Position numbers and translations under genes: made by a program. DNA of 52,481 nucleotides. Source: Octopus bimaculoides (lineage: Eukaryota). The notes below the pieces were generated by a model. That model did no database searches. It was not told the origin of the DNA and worked only from the letters and a program-made list of their open reading frames with translations. The stretch is taken from contig NC_068985.1 of the NCBI RefSeq assembly GCF_001194135.2, positions 106,263,310 to 106,315,790 on the forward strand. The letters run 5' to 3'. This document shows, one piece after another, positions 24,112 to 34,444 of the stretch (position 1 is its first letter; each line of letters begins with the position of its first letter).

Positions 24112-25212
24112 TCCTTTCTACTATAGGCACAAGGCCTGAAATTTGGGGGAGGGGGCTAGTCAATTACATTGATCCCAGTGTTCCATTGGTACTTATTTAG
24201 GATCTATTTTAAAACGGGGGCCACATTTTTCATTAATGTTTTACGTAGTGTTTTTGGTACGGAAAGACTTTCAAACTTCGTATACTTATCTATTTTGTGT
24301 TATAGAACAGAAAAATATTTTTGTATTCGAATTTATTTCATGTAAAAATTGTCTTATTTCGATAATTTCAACCAATCACTGACAAGTATTCAGTTGTTTA
24401 CATTTACTCCTTTAGTTGATTAAGCGATGTAAAGCGTATTTAATCTCCNNNNNNNNNNNNNNNNNNNNNNNNNNNNNNNNNNNNNNNNNNNNNNNNNNNN
24501 NNNNNNNNNNNNNNNNNNNNNNNNNNNNNNNNNNNNNNNNNNNNNNNNNNNNNNNNNNNNNNNNNNNNNNNNNNNNNNNNNNNNNNNNNNNNNNNNNNNN
24601 NNNNNNNNNNNNNNNNNNNNNNNNNNNNNNNNNNNNNNNNNNNNNNNNNNNNNNNNNNNNNNNNNNNNNNNNNNNNNNNNNNNNNNNNNNNNNNNNNNNN
24701 NNNNNNNNNNNNNNNNNNNNNNNNNNNNNNNNNNNNNNNNNNNNNNNNNNNNNNNNNNNNNNNNNNNNNNNNNNNNNNNNNNNNNNNNNNNNNNNNNNNT
24801 TAATGAAAAATGTGGCCCCCGTTTTAAAAAAGATCCCTTATTTAATCAACCTCAAAAGGATGAAAGGCAAAGCTGACCATGGCAGAATTTGAACTCAGAA
24901 CATAGTGATGGGCGAAATGCTGCCAAGCATTTTGCCCGCTGTGCTAATGATTCTACCAGCTCACCGCCTTAATAATACTAATAATAATAATGACCTTTTC
25001 TACTCTAGGCAGGAGGCCTGAAATTTTGGGGGAGTGGGGGAGGGCAGTCGATTAGATCGACCCCAGTACGCAACTGGTATTTAATTTATCGACCCCGAAA
25101 GGAGGAAAGGCAAAGTCGACCTCAGCAGAATTTGAACTCAGAAGATAGCAACGCGCAAAATACTGCTAAGTATTTTACCTGGTGTGCTAATGATTCTACC
25201 AGCTCACTGCCT
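24112..25212 (-). repeat. Two tandem SINE family E units, the first split by a MITE
   Basis: Unit 24112-24970 is interrupted at 24200-24836; a (TAA)n linker precedes unit 24992-25212. Confidence 0.8.
24200..24836. mobile_element. MITE with 37-bp TIRs and 8-bp TSD (Merlin-like), internal gap
   Basis: GGATCTATTTTAAAACGGGGGCCACATTTTTCATTAA and its inverse; TSD CTTATTTA at 24192-24199 and 24837-24844. Confidence 0.85.
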
Positions 25213-25930
25213 TAATAATAATAAGAATAATAATGATAATATTAATAATAATAACAATAGTAATAATTCTTTTTTAAATATTTCTTTTATTGCTACAGAG
25301 GTTATACATGAAGGGGAGATTGCAAAATATTTGCGTTTGCCATTTTTAATTCAACGATGGTTTTTATGATGCTGCTCAAAATATTAACATTTATTAGTAG
25401 TTATGTGTGTATGTATATAAGATCGGTTCATTGCCCTACCTCCATGCACATACACATTTCAGTAGGTTATATAAGCTAACCCAATTACTACAACCTGTAT
25501 CCATATCTGATATCCAGATATTGAAAGATAAAATATTAAAACTATGTTGTTGTTGTTGTTGTTGTTGACGTAAATAAAACTACAGGTGGTAAATAGCTTG
25601 GTTGCTGTCTTGTGGAGCTAGTCCTTCCTAGTCCAAAGCCTCCAAGTTCAATCTGGGTGTGTGACTGATGTCATTTATTAACAAATATCTCATGCATGCA
25701 TGCACACACACACACACACACACATTGATTGGCTCTGCTCTCCATTTCTGATTATCTTATCACTTGTTTGTGTACAACTTTTGTCTCTACATAGTTATAT
25801 GTTTGTGTGAGGTCTACACAGTTGTATGTGTTTGTGTACAAGAAATAACTTATAACTGTGGTTAAACTTAATTCCAAGGTTTCTGTCATTGTTTTCCCAA
25901 TAAATTTTTGAAAGAAGTAAAATAAAGATT

Positions 25931-25963
<33 letters not shown>

Positions 25964-25964
25964 G

Positions 25965-26005
<41 letters not shown>

Positions 26006-26006
<1 letters not shown>

Positions 26007-26140
26007 GATGCAATGGCCCAGTGGTTAGGGCAGCGGACTTGCAGTCATAGGATCGCGGTTTCGATGCCCAGACTGGGCGTTGTGTGTGTTTATTGAGCGA
26101 AAACGCCTAAAGCTCCACGAAGCTCCGGCAGGGGATGGTG
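26006..26140 (+). mobile_element. SINE family B head, running into a gap
   Basis: GCAATGGCCCAGTGGTTAGGGCAGCGGAC. Confidence 0.85.
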
Positions 26141-27103
26141 NNNNNNNNNNNNNNNNNNNNNNNNNNNNNNNNNNNNNNNNNNNNNNNNNNNNNNNNNNNN
26201 NNNNNNNNNNNNNNNNNNNNNNNNNNNNNNNNNNNNNNNNNNNNNNNNNNNNNNNNNNNNNNNNNNNNNNNNNNNNNNNNNNNNNNNNNNNNNNNNNNNN
26301 NNNNNNNNNNNNNNNNNNNNNNNNNNNNNNNNNNNNNNNNNNNNNNNNNNNNNNNNNNNNNNNNNNNNNNNNNNNNNNNNNNNNNNNNNNNNNNNNNNNN
26401 NNNNNNNNNNNNNNNNNNNNNNNNNNNNNNNNNNNNNNNNNNNNNNNNNNNNNNNNNNNNNNNNNNNNNNNNNNNNNNNNNNNNNNNNNNNNNNNNNNNN
26501 NNNNNNNNNNNNNNNNNNNNNNNNNNNNNNNNNNNNNNNNNNNNNNNNNNNNNNNNNNNNNNNNNNNNNNNNNNNNNNNNNNNNNNNNNNNNNNNNNNNN
26601 NNNNNNNNNNNNNNNNNNNNNNNNNNNNNNNNNNNNNNNNNNNNNNNNNNNNNNNNNNNNNNNNNNNNNNNNNNNNNNNNNNNNNNNNNNNNNNNNNNNN
26701 NNNNNNATATATATATATATATATAAAATTAATTAATGAGGGTAGAAATTGAAATTAATCAATTAAAACCAGTGGTCTAGCATATTAAAAAATCCGAGGA
26801 TTAAAATTATATATATTAGAAATGATCTAATTATAAGTCTCACAGAGAGAATTAAGCAGCAGTGTTACGATAAAGCAGTTGTATACTGTCAACTCAATGT
26901 GACAGTCCCAATAAGGGAATTATGCTGCTGCTATTTAGCCCTAGGAAGGTGGACCGCTTTCTGTCGGCCTTGACACATTTCCTGTGTACTTATATTTNNN
27001 NNNNNNNTAGGAAGGTGGACCGCTTCCTGTCGGCCTTGACACATTTCCTGTGTCCTTATATTTGCAAGGGGGAGACAAGCACCCCCACCCAGCTCAGTGT
27101 GCA

Positions 27104-27146
27104 TTCAGGGACATGTTTCTGAGTCATTGCTCGTCATCAGCCTGAA
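27104..27146 (-). ncRNA. Minimal type I hammerhead ribozyme motif
   Basis: Minus strand reads TTCAGG-CTGATGA-cGAG caatga CTCa-GAAAC-AT-GTC-CCTGAA. Stem I is a perfect 6 bp, stem III ACATGT is palindromic, and the triplet is GUC. Confidence 0.8.
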
Positions 27147-27184
27147 GTAGCAACACTAGCTGGTTGACATGCATTTTCAATGGA

Positions 27185-27378
27185 TTCTGTGGTGTATATA
27201 TTCCTCCTGGATGGGATGCCAGACTGTCACAGGATTTCTCATTTTTGGTAGCTGAGTAGATTGGAGCAATATGCAATGAAATGTTTTGCTCACAAACTGA
27301 ATGCATTGCTTGGTCCAGGAATCAAAACCATAATCTTATGATCATGAGTGCAACATCCTAACCACTAAGCCACACACA
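27185..27378 (-). mobile_element. SINE family D
   Basis: Reverse complement of 10113-10300. Confidence 0.75.
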
Positions 27379-27434
27379 TACACACACAACCATACACACA
27401 AACACAAACAAACACATATAATGTGTTTGTACAT

Positions 27435-27640
27435 GTGTGTTTCTCCTTTCATCATATCATGGTGGTTGTAAATGTACATCGTTTGTTTTCTATCTTCCAT
27501 GAAAACATGTCTGATCATGGGTAAATATTACTTTGCTTAAAAACTGGTGAGGGTTGGCAATAGGAATGGCATCCAGCCTTACAAAACCTGTGTCAAGAAA
27601 TTCTGTCTAACTCATGCAAAAATGACGATGATAATGTTAG
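27435..27640 (+). mobile_element. SINE family C, decayed
   Basis: GGCAATAGGAATGGCATCCAGC block. Confidence 0.6.
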
Positions 27641-28117
27641 ACACTGGTATTTCCCCACATGATTGGGAAGCAAACTTCTTGACCACACAGCCATGCTTGT
27701 ATTTCTGCTTGAAAAACAATTGCTAAGCTATAACTAAATGTAGCATCAACAATCCAATTAGAATACTTATGTGGTGAGAAAAAATCAACATTAACTCAGT
27801 GACAAATATTTTAATTACTTAGCAAGTATGGGGCACAACTCTTGATTTGTTTTAATATTATTAGACCTCCTCAGCAAAGCATAGATTTCACTGTGCAAGT
27901 CAGAATAATGATGTGAGAATCACTAAGTAGATAAACAATATTGACACTCAATTGTTATGTAGGACATATGGGACCCAGTGAATTATGGTAGTCACATATT
28001 TTTTAACATTCTCCTTCTCCAACTTCTTTTCCATAAATTAAAACTCTTCTAACATATCCTCTCTCTCACTTCCCCCCATCTCTTCCTCTCTGTTTATATA
28101 TATGTGTGTGTGTGTGT

Positions 28118-28480
28118 GCATGAAGTATTGAAGGCCGATCTCAAGATGTTGAGTCGTAGGAAGGAGATGACAAAGGACTGAGATATTTAGCACTTTGTTG
28201 TACTCAAGAAGACCCACTTACCACAGCAGAATTGATATCCTAAAACTACTTTGATAATGCTAATCTGAGAGGGGCTCTACCCCACCCCATCCTCTCTGCC
28301 CCATCAGCCTTTTCACCCCATGTTTCATCCCTTAACATCCATCACTTTTTTTATCACTTGAGAACAGAATAGGTACATACTACATCCTGCCACTGGCTTT
28401 CTCAGTAACCTTTTTTCCCTGCCCAAAACAACTTCCATTTCTCATTATCTTCCTCTACCTAATAATCATCTCCTTTCTAT
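28118..28480 (+). mobile_element. RTE LINE C-terminus and 3' UTR relic
   Basis: EVLKADLKMLSRRKEMTKD*...VLKKT, similar to 34500-34660. Confidence 0.6.
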
Positions 28481-28910
28481 GCCTTCTTGACAATGATAGA
28501 TAATACTGATTAGAGTAGAACTGGCCATTAAAGCTAACTAAGAACTAATAAGATCAAAAACATGTCTGCTACTTCTGTTAATTTGTTTCAAAGACCAAAA
28601 TCCAGTTAAGTCTCTGTTGCCTACTCTGTTGAAACATACCAATCAACTGATCTTCCAGCAGTTATTTCCCTTGTTTGCTGGGCTTTTGATTTTTAGATTT
28701 TAAGCACATTTTTGAGGAGATTTTATCTACTAATTGCTTTGATAATCTGGTTTTCAAGTCATTATATTACATATTTGAAACTCCTATAGTATTTACACAT
28801 ACATGGTAATCTGTAATCGTTTATTTATGGCCACTGTTAAGAACCAATTTATTAATAAATATAATAGATTTATAACAAAACAATAATAGATATAGGTCTT
28901 AATACTATGT

Positions 28911-28929
28911 TTTTTGTTTTATTTTCCAG
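28911..28929 (+). promoter_or_regulatory. 3' splice acceptor of the LRR coding exon
   Basis: TTTTTGTTTTATTTTCCAG lies 11 nt upstream of the ATG at 28941. Confidence 0.7.
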
Positions 28930-28940
28930 AAACTTGGGTG

Positions 28941-30710
28941 ATGATCAAATCTCTATCATACTATTTATTCTTCATTGTGTTTCTGACATATACAAATGGC
29001 TGTCCCACTTCCTGCAGCTGCTCTGGCACTGTGGTGGTGTGCCAGAGTGGGTCATTACAAAACACAGTTGCAAAAGTGCCGAAATCTACACAGCAGCTGA
29101 CACTACAAGGCAGTAAGATGCGTGGTGATCTGAAGCAAAGCTTTTCTCATACTGAATCCTTCAGTCAACTCAGTAACTTAACTGTAACAAAGTATTACAT
29201 TTCTCAACTTTCTGAGACAACATTCCAAGGCATGGTGAACTTACAGTATCTTTCGCTGACACACAATGATATCAGCAACATAGACAACAAAGCCTTTGAA
29301 GGACTCTTGAGCCTAATTCATTTAGATCTGTCTCACAACAGGATTGCAAATATTGACGAAATTTTTTACACCTTACAAAAACTAGAGTTTCTTGACTTGT
29401 CGTGGAACCGGTTTTATTCTCTCCCAAGTGGTATTTTTAAGTCTCAAGGTAGGCTGAAGACTTTGATCCTTGATGGGAATAACATGCAGAATATTTACAG
29501 CTACAGTTTTCAGTGGTTGCGCAGTTTGCTGCACTTATCACTTAGTAACTGTCAGTTGTTTTCAATAGCAACGGATCTGTTCACAATTACCCGTAATTTA
29601 ATAAGCTTGGACTTGTCAAGTAACGGACTGACCAAACCTCTCATGCTGAATATCCTTCGCAGTCTTCCAAATTTGAGGACTCTTTCTTTGTACAATAATA
29701 CCATTTATAAACTAGAAAAGAACCAGTTTTCTGGTATCAACCTTGATACTCTGAACTTGTCTCGGAATAATCTTCGACAGATCTTTGATGCGACTTTTAA
29801 ATACTTCAACACTAAACATTTAGATTTATCACTGAACTCAATTGACCATTTAGACAGTGGCTCTTTGCATCCAATGGCACCCCAGCTTGAATATTTAAGC
29901 TTAGCTGGAAATCCTCTCCAAAAACTTCCAGTTAATGCTTTTACAGAGTTATATCGGTTACGAGAACTGAATCTCTCTGACTGTTCAATAAACAGTTTGA
30001 ACAAATTTGAAGGACCCAAAAGCCTTCAGAAATTAGATCTTTCTGCTAATAATCTCAAAAATATCCCAGAATCAACTTTGCGTATATTTTCCAATTTAAA
30101 ATGGATAAAGGTTGAGAGGAACTCTTGGGTGTGTGACTGTCATATAAGAGGATTCCGTAACTGGTTACAGAATCCAACATATTCTCGAACGTTACAGTGC
30201 TCAAAGCTATCCCAATCTGATGGGTGTGATTTTCTTCAGTGTAAGATTCCATTAGGTCTGCATGAGCGCCGCATTAAACAGCTTAAAGATGAAGAGATTT
30301 CCAAGTGTGATGTTGAGTTGAAGAACAAACCAGATTCTAATACGGTATTAATCATTGCAATAAGTTGCAGTATTTTTGCAATTGTTGTTTTCATGGCTTT
30401 AATAATTCTGTGGAAGTGTGTTTGTAAAAAAAATGGCCCACATTGGCTGTGCAACCAATCTGCAGAAGATAGCAGTCATTTGGAAAAAGCTGAGAAAAGA
30501 AGAGCATTTCAGGATCTCGATATTGGATCCTTGAATGAGTCAGACCGAAGTTTCAATGTTAGGAACTATTTTAACTCAATGGTTCAGAACCCATCCAGTT
30601 TATCCCAAGGAACTCCTCCTTACTCTCAGAAAGACAATTCCAACTTGGGCTCCCAGACCTCTCTTTACTCAGTGGTAAGCTATGCATACGGCAGAGAATC
30701 AGCCGTATAG
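28941..30710 (+). CDS. Single-pass LRR transmembrane protein, 589 aa (signal peptide, LRRNT, ~14-15 LRRs, LRRCT, TM, short tail; no TIR or Ig domain)
   Basis: Uninterrupted ORF. MIKSLSYYLFFIVFLTYTNG signal peptide; CPTSCSC LRRNT; repeated LxxLxLxxN; NSWVCDC LRRCT; VLIIAISCSIFAIVVFMALIILW TM; C-terminal ESAV. The track start at 28914 lies inside the polypyrimidine tract. Confidence 0.93.
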   Translation: MIKSLSYYLFFIVFLTYTNGCPTSCSCSGTVVVCQSGSLQNTVAKVPKSTQQLTLQGSKMRGDLKQSFSHTESFSQLSNLTVTKYYISQLSETTFQGMVNLQYLSLTHNDISNIDNKAFEGLLSLIHLDLSHNRIANIDEIFYTLQKLEFLDLSWNRFYSLPSGIFKSQGRLKTLILDGNNMQNIYSYSFQWLRSLLHLSLSNCQLFSIATDLFTITRNLISLDLSSNGLTKPLMLNILRSLPNLRTLSLYNNTIYKLEKNQFSGINLDTLNLSRNNLRQIFDATFKYFNTKHLDLSLNSIDHLDSGSLHPMAPQLEYLSLAGNPLQKLPVNAFTELYRLRELNLSDCSINSLNKFEGPKSLQKLDLSANNLKNIPESTLRIFSNLKWIKVERNSWVCDCHIRGFRNWLQNPTYSRTLQCSKLSQSDGCDFLQCKIPLGLHERRIKQLKDEEISKCDVELKNKPDSNTVLIIAISCSIFAIVVFMALIILWKCVCKKNGPHWLCNQSAEDSSHLEKAEKRRAFQDLDIGSLNESDRSFNVRNYFNSMVQNPSSLSQGTPPYSQKDNSNLGSQTSLYSVVSYAYGRESAV

Positions 30711-31589
30711 ACATTAACACTTCAGTACATTCTAAGAATTTTATTTTTCTACATCAATTTTCTAAACTGGACTTTATTACATAATTATGAATTACAGACA
30801 AAAAAAAAAAAAAAAAACTAAAAGAAATTTTTATCTCTCAGGTTGTTTTCGTTTTCTTTATTCTTTTTTTTTTTTTTTGTATATGAAGGTTTTTATATAA
30901 CTTGGAGGTTTGGTATTTTGTAATCAATAAGGGAAAGGCTTTCAGCAACCTGTCCCAGTGGATAGTGAAATAATTTTTTTAGCAGCATGTCTTTAATGTT
31001 ACTGGGTAATCATTTTCTTGGTCTGGGGAAGTAGTGTCATATGTAAGGAAGTGTTATTTACTGTATATCATTGTCACTATCATGTTGCAGAAAATTTCAT
31101 CTTTGGTGCCATATTCTTGAAAATAATGTCTTTCAGTTATTTATTNNNNNNNNNNNNNNNNNNNNNNNNNNNNNNNNNNNNNNNNNNNNNNNNNNNNNNN
31201 NNNNNNNNNNNNNNNNNNNNNNNNNNNNNNNNNNNNNNNNNNNNNNNNNNNNNNNNNNNNNNNNNNNNNNNNNNNNNNNNNNNNNNNNNNNNNNNNNNNN
31301 NNNNNNNNNNNNNNNNNNNNNNNNNNNNNNNNNNNNNNNNNNNNNNNNNNNNNNNNNNNNNNNNNNNNNNNNNAATTTCATCTTTGGTGCCATATTCTTG
31401 AAAATAATGTCTTTCAGTTATTTATTTAACTGCAGCAAGCAACTTGAAATGTAAGAACATCAATTAATTGAAAGGAAAAGTAAGTAATAAGCATGAGGAC
31501 ATACAACTATTATATGTAACAATTGCAGACACACACACACACACACGTGTGTGTTGGAAAGTGCAGCACATAACTCAGTAGTACATTCT

Positions 31590-31700
31590 ATGATTATTAA
31601 TTCAATGTCTACAAGAAGGGCATTCAACTGTAGAAGATCTGCCATGACAAATTCTGTCTGGCCCATTTGAGCATGGAAAAGTGGTCATTAAAATAATGCT
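31590..31700 (+). mobile_element. SINE family C, 3' fragment
   Basis: AGAAGGGCATTCAACTGTAGAA...GCATGGAAAAGTGGTCATTAAA. Confidence 0.6.
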
Positions 31701-32002
31701 GATGTCAGCTTACTCATGATGTGAGCCTTGGGCAAAAGAAAACATTAGAAGTAGACTATTACAAAATGAAGTTGCCAATTCCTGACCTGCATAGTGTACA
31801 TTACATAAAACTCTGTCTGAATCAATTTGCCTAACTATATTAGTACCTCAAGTAGAAACTGCTCATGACTAAAAACAGAAGGAATGCTGTGCAATTAATG
31901 AGAGGTTTTGTTAGCTCATAGTGTTGGCTATATGTCCAGTAGACTCAGAGAAGATGAATTGTTGGAAGACCTGATTCAATCTCACTTTGAATCAAGGTCC
32001 TT

Positions 32003-32390
32003 CCATCTATCCATCCATCTTCTCCACCTACTATTCCTGGAAGAGTCATGGGGGTAGAGTCCTCAGGCCTTGATAGTGTCCTATCAGAAGCAAGCAGCAT
32101 TACACTTTCCTGCTAGATTCTCAAACATGACCAATGGAGACTGGATATTATCTGGTCAGCTTACTCATGGTCTACTCTTAGATTCTTTCAGTTAAGCCAA
32201 CCAGTAGGAGACCTAACTTGTAATCTTTTCCTGTGGCATTCTGACCACATGTCCATAGTACCAGTGCTATGACCTTTCAATGTGGAAAAGTAGCAGCTCA
32301 CTCTGGAGAAACTATCCAATCTCTGAGCTATGTATCCTGCCAAGTAACGTTATTCCAGAGATCCTGTGACAAGCTGGTGAAACTAACAGA
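32003..32390 (-). mobile_element. Old RTE-clade LINE 3' relic with (GATG)n-like tail
   Basis: Minus strand WYYGHVVRMPQEK...SRP; ends GAAGATGGATGGATAGATGG. Confidence 0.55.
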
Positions 32391-32420
32391 AATATTGTTT
32401 TCAAATTTTGGCACACAAAT

Positions 32421-32459
<39 letters not shown>

Positions 32460-32461
32460 CA

Positions 32462-32618
32462 CAATGGCTTCATTCAGTTTCCGTCTACCAAATCCACACA
32501 AGGCTTTGGTCAGCCTGAGGCTATAGTAGAAGACACTGGCCCAAGGTGCCATGCAGTGGAACTGAACCCAGAACCATGTGGTTGGTAAGCAAGGTTCTTA
32601 CCACACAGCCACTCCTGC
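32462..32618 (-). mobile_element. SINE family A, 5' half
   Basis: Head match. Confidence 0.8.
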
Positions 32619-32689
32619 ACACATATATGTGCTACCGTTTTAGGATGCCTTTTTTTAATAGTGAAACAAACAAAAATAGTCACTGGTAA

Positions 32690-32905
32690 TAATTTCAAAT
32701 TTTTTGGCACAAGGCCAGCAAGTTTAGGGAAGGAGGCAAGTTGATTACATTGATCCCCAGTGCTCAACTGTTCCTTATTTTATTGACCCTGAAAGGATGA
32801 AAAGGTAAAGTTAATCGCAGCAGAATTTGAACTCAGAACGTAAAGACAGACGAAATGCCACTTAGCGTCTTGCCAGGCACGCTAACAATTCTGCCAGCTC
32901 ACTGT
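32690..32905 (-). mobile_element. SINE family E
   Basis: Family E blocks. Confidence 0.8.
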
Positions 32906-33694
32906 TTTAAAATAGTCACAAATAATCATCATCATCATCATCATCATCGTTTAACGTCCGCTTTCCATGCTAGCATGGGTTGGACGATTTGTAATATTAA
33001 TATTAATATTAATTGTTAGATTGACCCATTGAGCTGTATTCAAGTCCATCATTCAGTGCATGTTTAATGGTACACTCAGACATATTAAACACTTATATGG
33101 CCGCAGCTCTGAGCTGAAACTTTAAAAAAAAAATTTTTTAAAAAAACTTTAAAAAAAAAATATATATGTGTGTATGTAAAATATATACACAGCATTATTG
33201 ATCCCAGGGTTGTTTACTGTTAACAAGAGAGTGGAGCAGATGAACAGGTGTTTTTTGTTTCCTTTCCTTTGATTCCAGTTTTTATTGGTTTCTGATAAAT
33301 AGATCAGTACATTATAATTGCAGGTTATTGAGCTATATTTAGTATTATATACAACAGCGAGTAATATTAAGAGAACTTCAATGGCAGTGTTCTGGAGAAA
33401 AATGAGGAATATAGTCGGTTATTGATCAATTTGGTATGTTAGTAGGTGATAATGAGACATCACAGTGGGTGATATCAATAGAAATAAGGACATTAAAGAA
33501 TGCTAAACAGATGAATATACATTGAACAATATGTAATATTGATGGATAATTTAGTCCAGCATGGATCACTATTTGAGTAGTGAATAGCAATTAGTAGTAT
33601 CGTAGGAAACTGGCAAATGTTATAGACTGAGACAAGGATTTTGTCTGTCAATGAAACTATTTGAAGTCATATTTTCTGACAATTGGTCCTTAAA

Positions 33695-33726
<32 letters not shown>

Positions 33727-34089
33727 GAAATAGTTGATATGGAGGAAAGAGTATATTGGAAACTTTATCACAAGAATCGTTTTGACACATCCTGCATGAT
33801 CATTGTGATAAATAAAGTTTCCACTATACTCTATCTTCCGTATCCATTGTTTCTACTAAACTCAATGGGCGCCTGAGGAATTCCTGATGTAGATCCAGCA
33901 ATGATTGTGCAATTACTGTGGACAGCACCAGGTAGCCATAAGCAGTGAATGTGCTCTGCTGGCATACTCCTAGGGAACATACCCAAAACACAGTTTAAAT
34001 TTTAAATTTAAATCTAAACTTGAATTATAACTATATACATCCATTATATATATATCTGTAAAAATATGTGACACTTATTTGGTAGCCAT

Positions 34090-34150
34090 GATAAAACTCT
34101 GAGTTTCGGATGCTGGGGTGGAAGCCCACGCCAACATCTCTTCAGTTATC
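34090..34150 (-). ncRNA. Type I hammerhead motif within a ~140-bp (TA)n-flanked element (34050-34185)
   Basis: Minus strand reads GATAA-CTGAAGA-GATGTTGG...CCAGCATCC-GAAAC-TCAGA-GTT-TTATC. Stem I GATAA/TTATC is perfect and stem III ACTC/GAGT is near-palindromic. Confidence 0.75.
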
Positions 34151-34444
34151 CGTATCCGGCCATTGAAAATTCCTGTGAAAAAATATATATATATATATAT
34201 ATATTATTGCAGAAAAGGAGAAATAATTTGCTAAGCTAATTTGATGAAGATGCCTGACAGAAATGAACATATTGGAAGGAAAACCAAAATACAAGTAGTA
34301 ATCCTACAAAGAAAGGTAAGTTTGATGAAAAAATAAATAGAAATTTAAAGTTTGGTTCCATCAACTCTGTAACATCACTGTAACATTCAGTTTTGTTTAC
34401 ATAATTATTTTGGACCTTGCTATTTAGTTTTAATCTTTACATAT

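Noticed and set aside
4924-26752. Long X-containing ORFs in the track (e.g. 4924-5709, 8091-8833, 13281-13865, 22515-23523, 26080-26752)
   Set aside because: They are open only because they run through N-gaps and microsatellites. Only the post-gap part of 22540-23523 is real, and it is retroelement sequence.
26941-27062. ~55-bp tandem repeat across a 10-N gap
   Set aside because: Two differences only, either side of a gap; likely uncollapsed alleles or a read error.
28914-28940. TTG start and 9-aa N-terminal extension from the ORF track
   Set aside because: It overlaps the polypyrimidine tract and acceptor. The ATG at 28941 gives a clean signal peptide.
29705-30454. Antisense ORFs over the LRR CDS
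   Set aside because: They are shadow ORFs of the coding strand with no domain features.
31093-31425. ~52-bp direct repeat flanking gap 31146-31373
   Set aside because: Identical sequence on both sides of a gap, so probably an assembly overlap.
33290-33690. Possible CR1/L2 relic on the minus strand (SSFFSRT)
   Set aside because: Only one short motif is convincing; too decayed to call.
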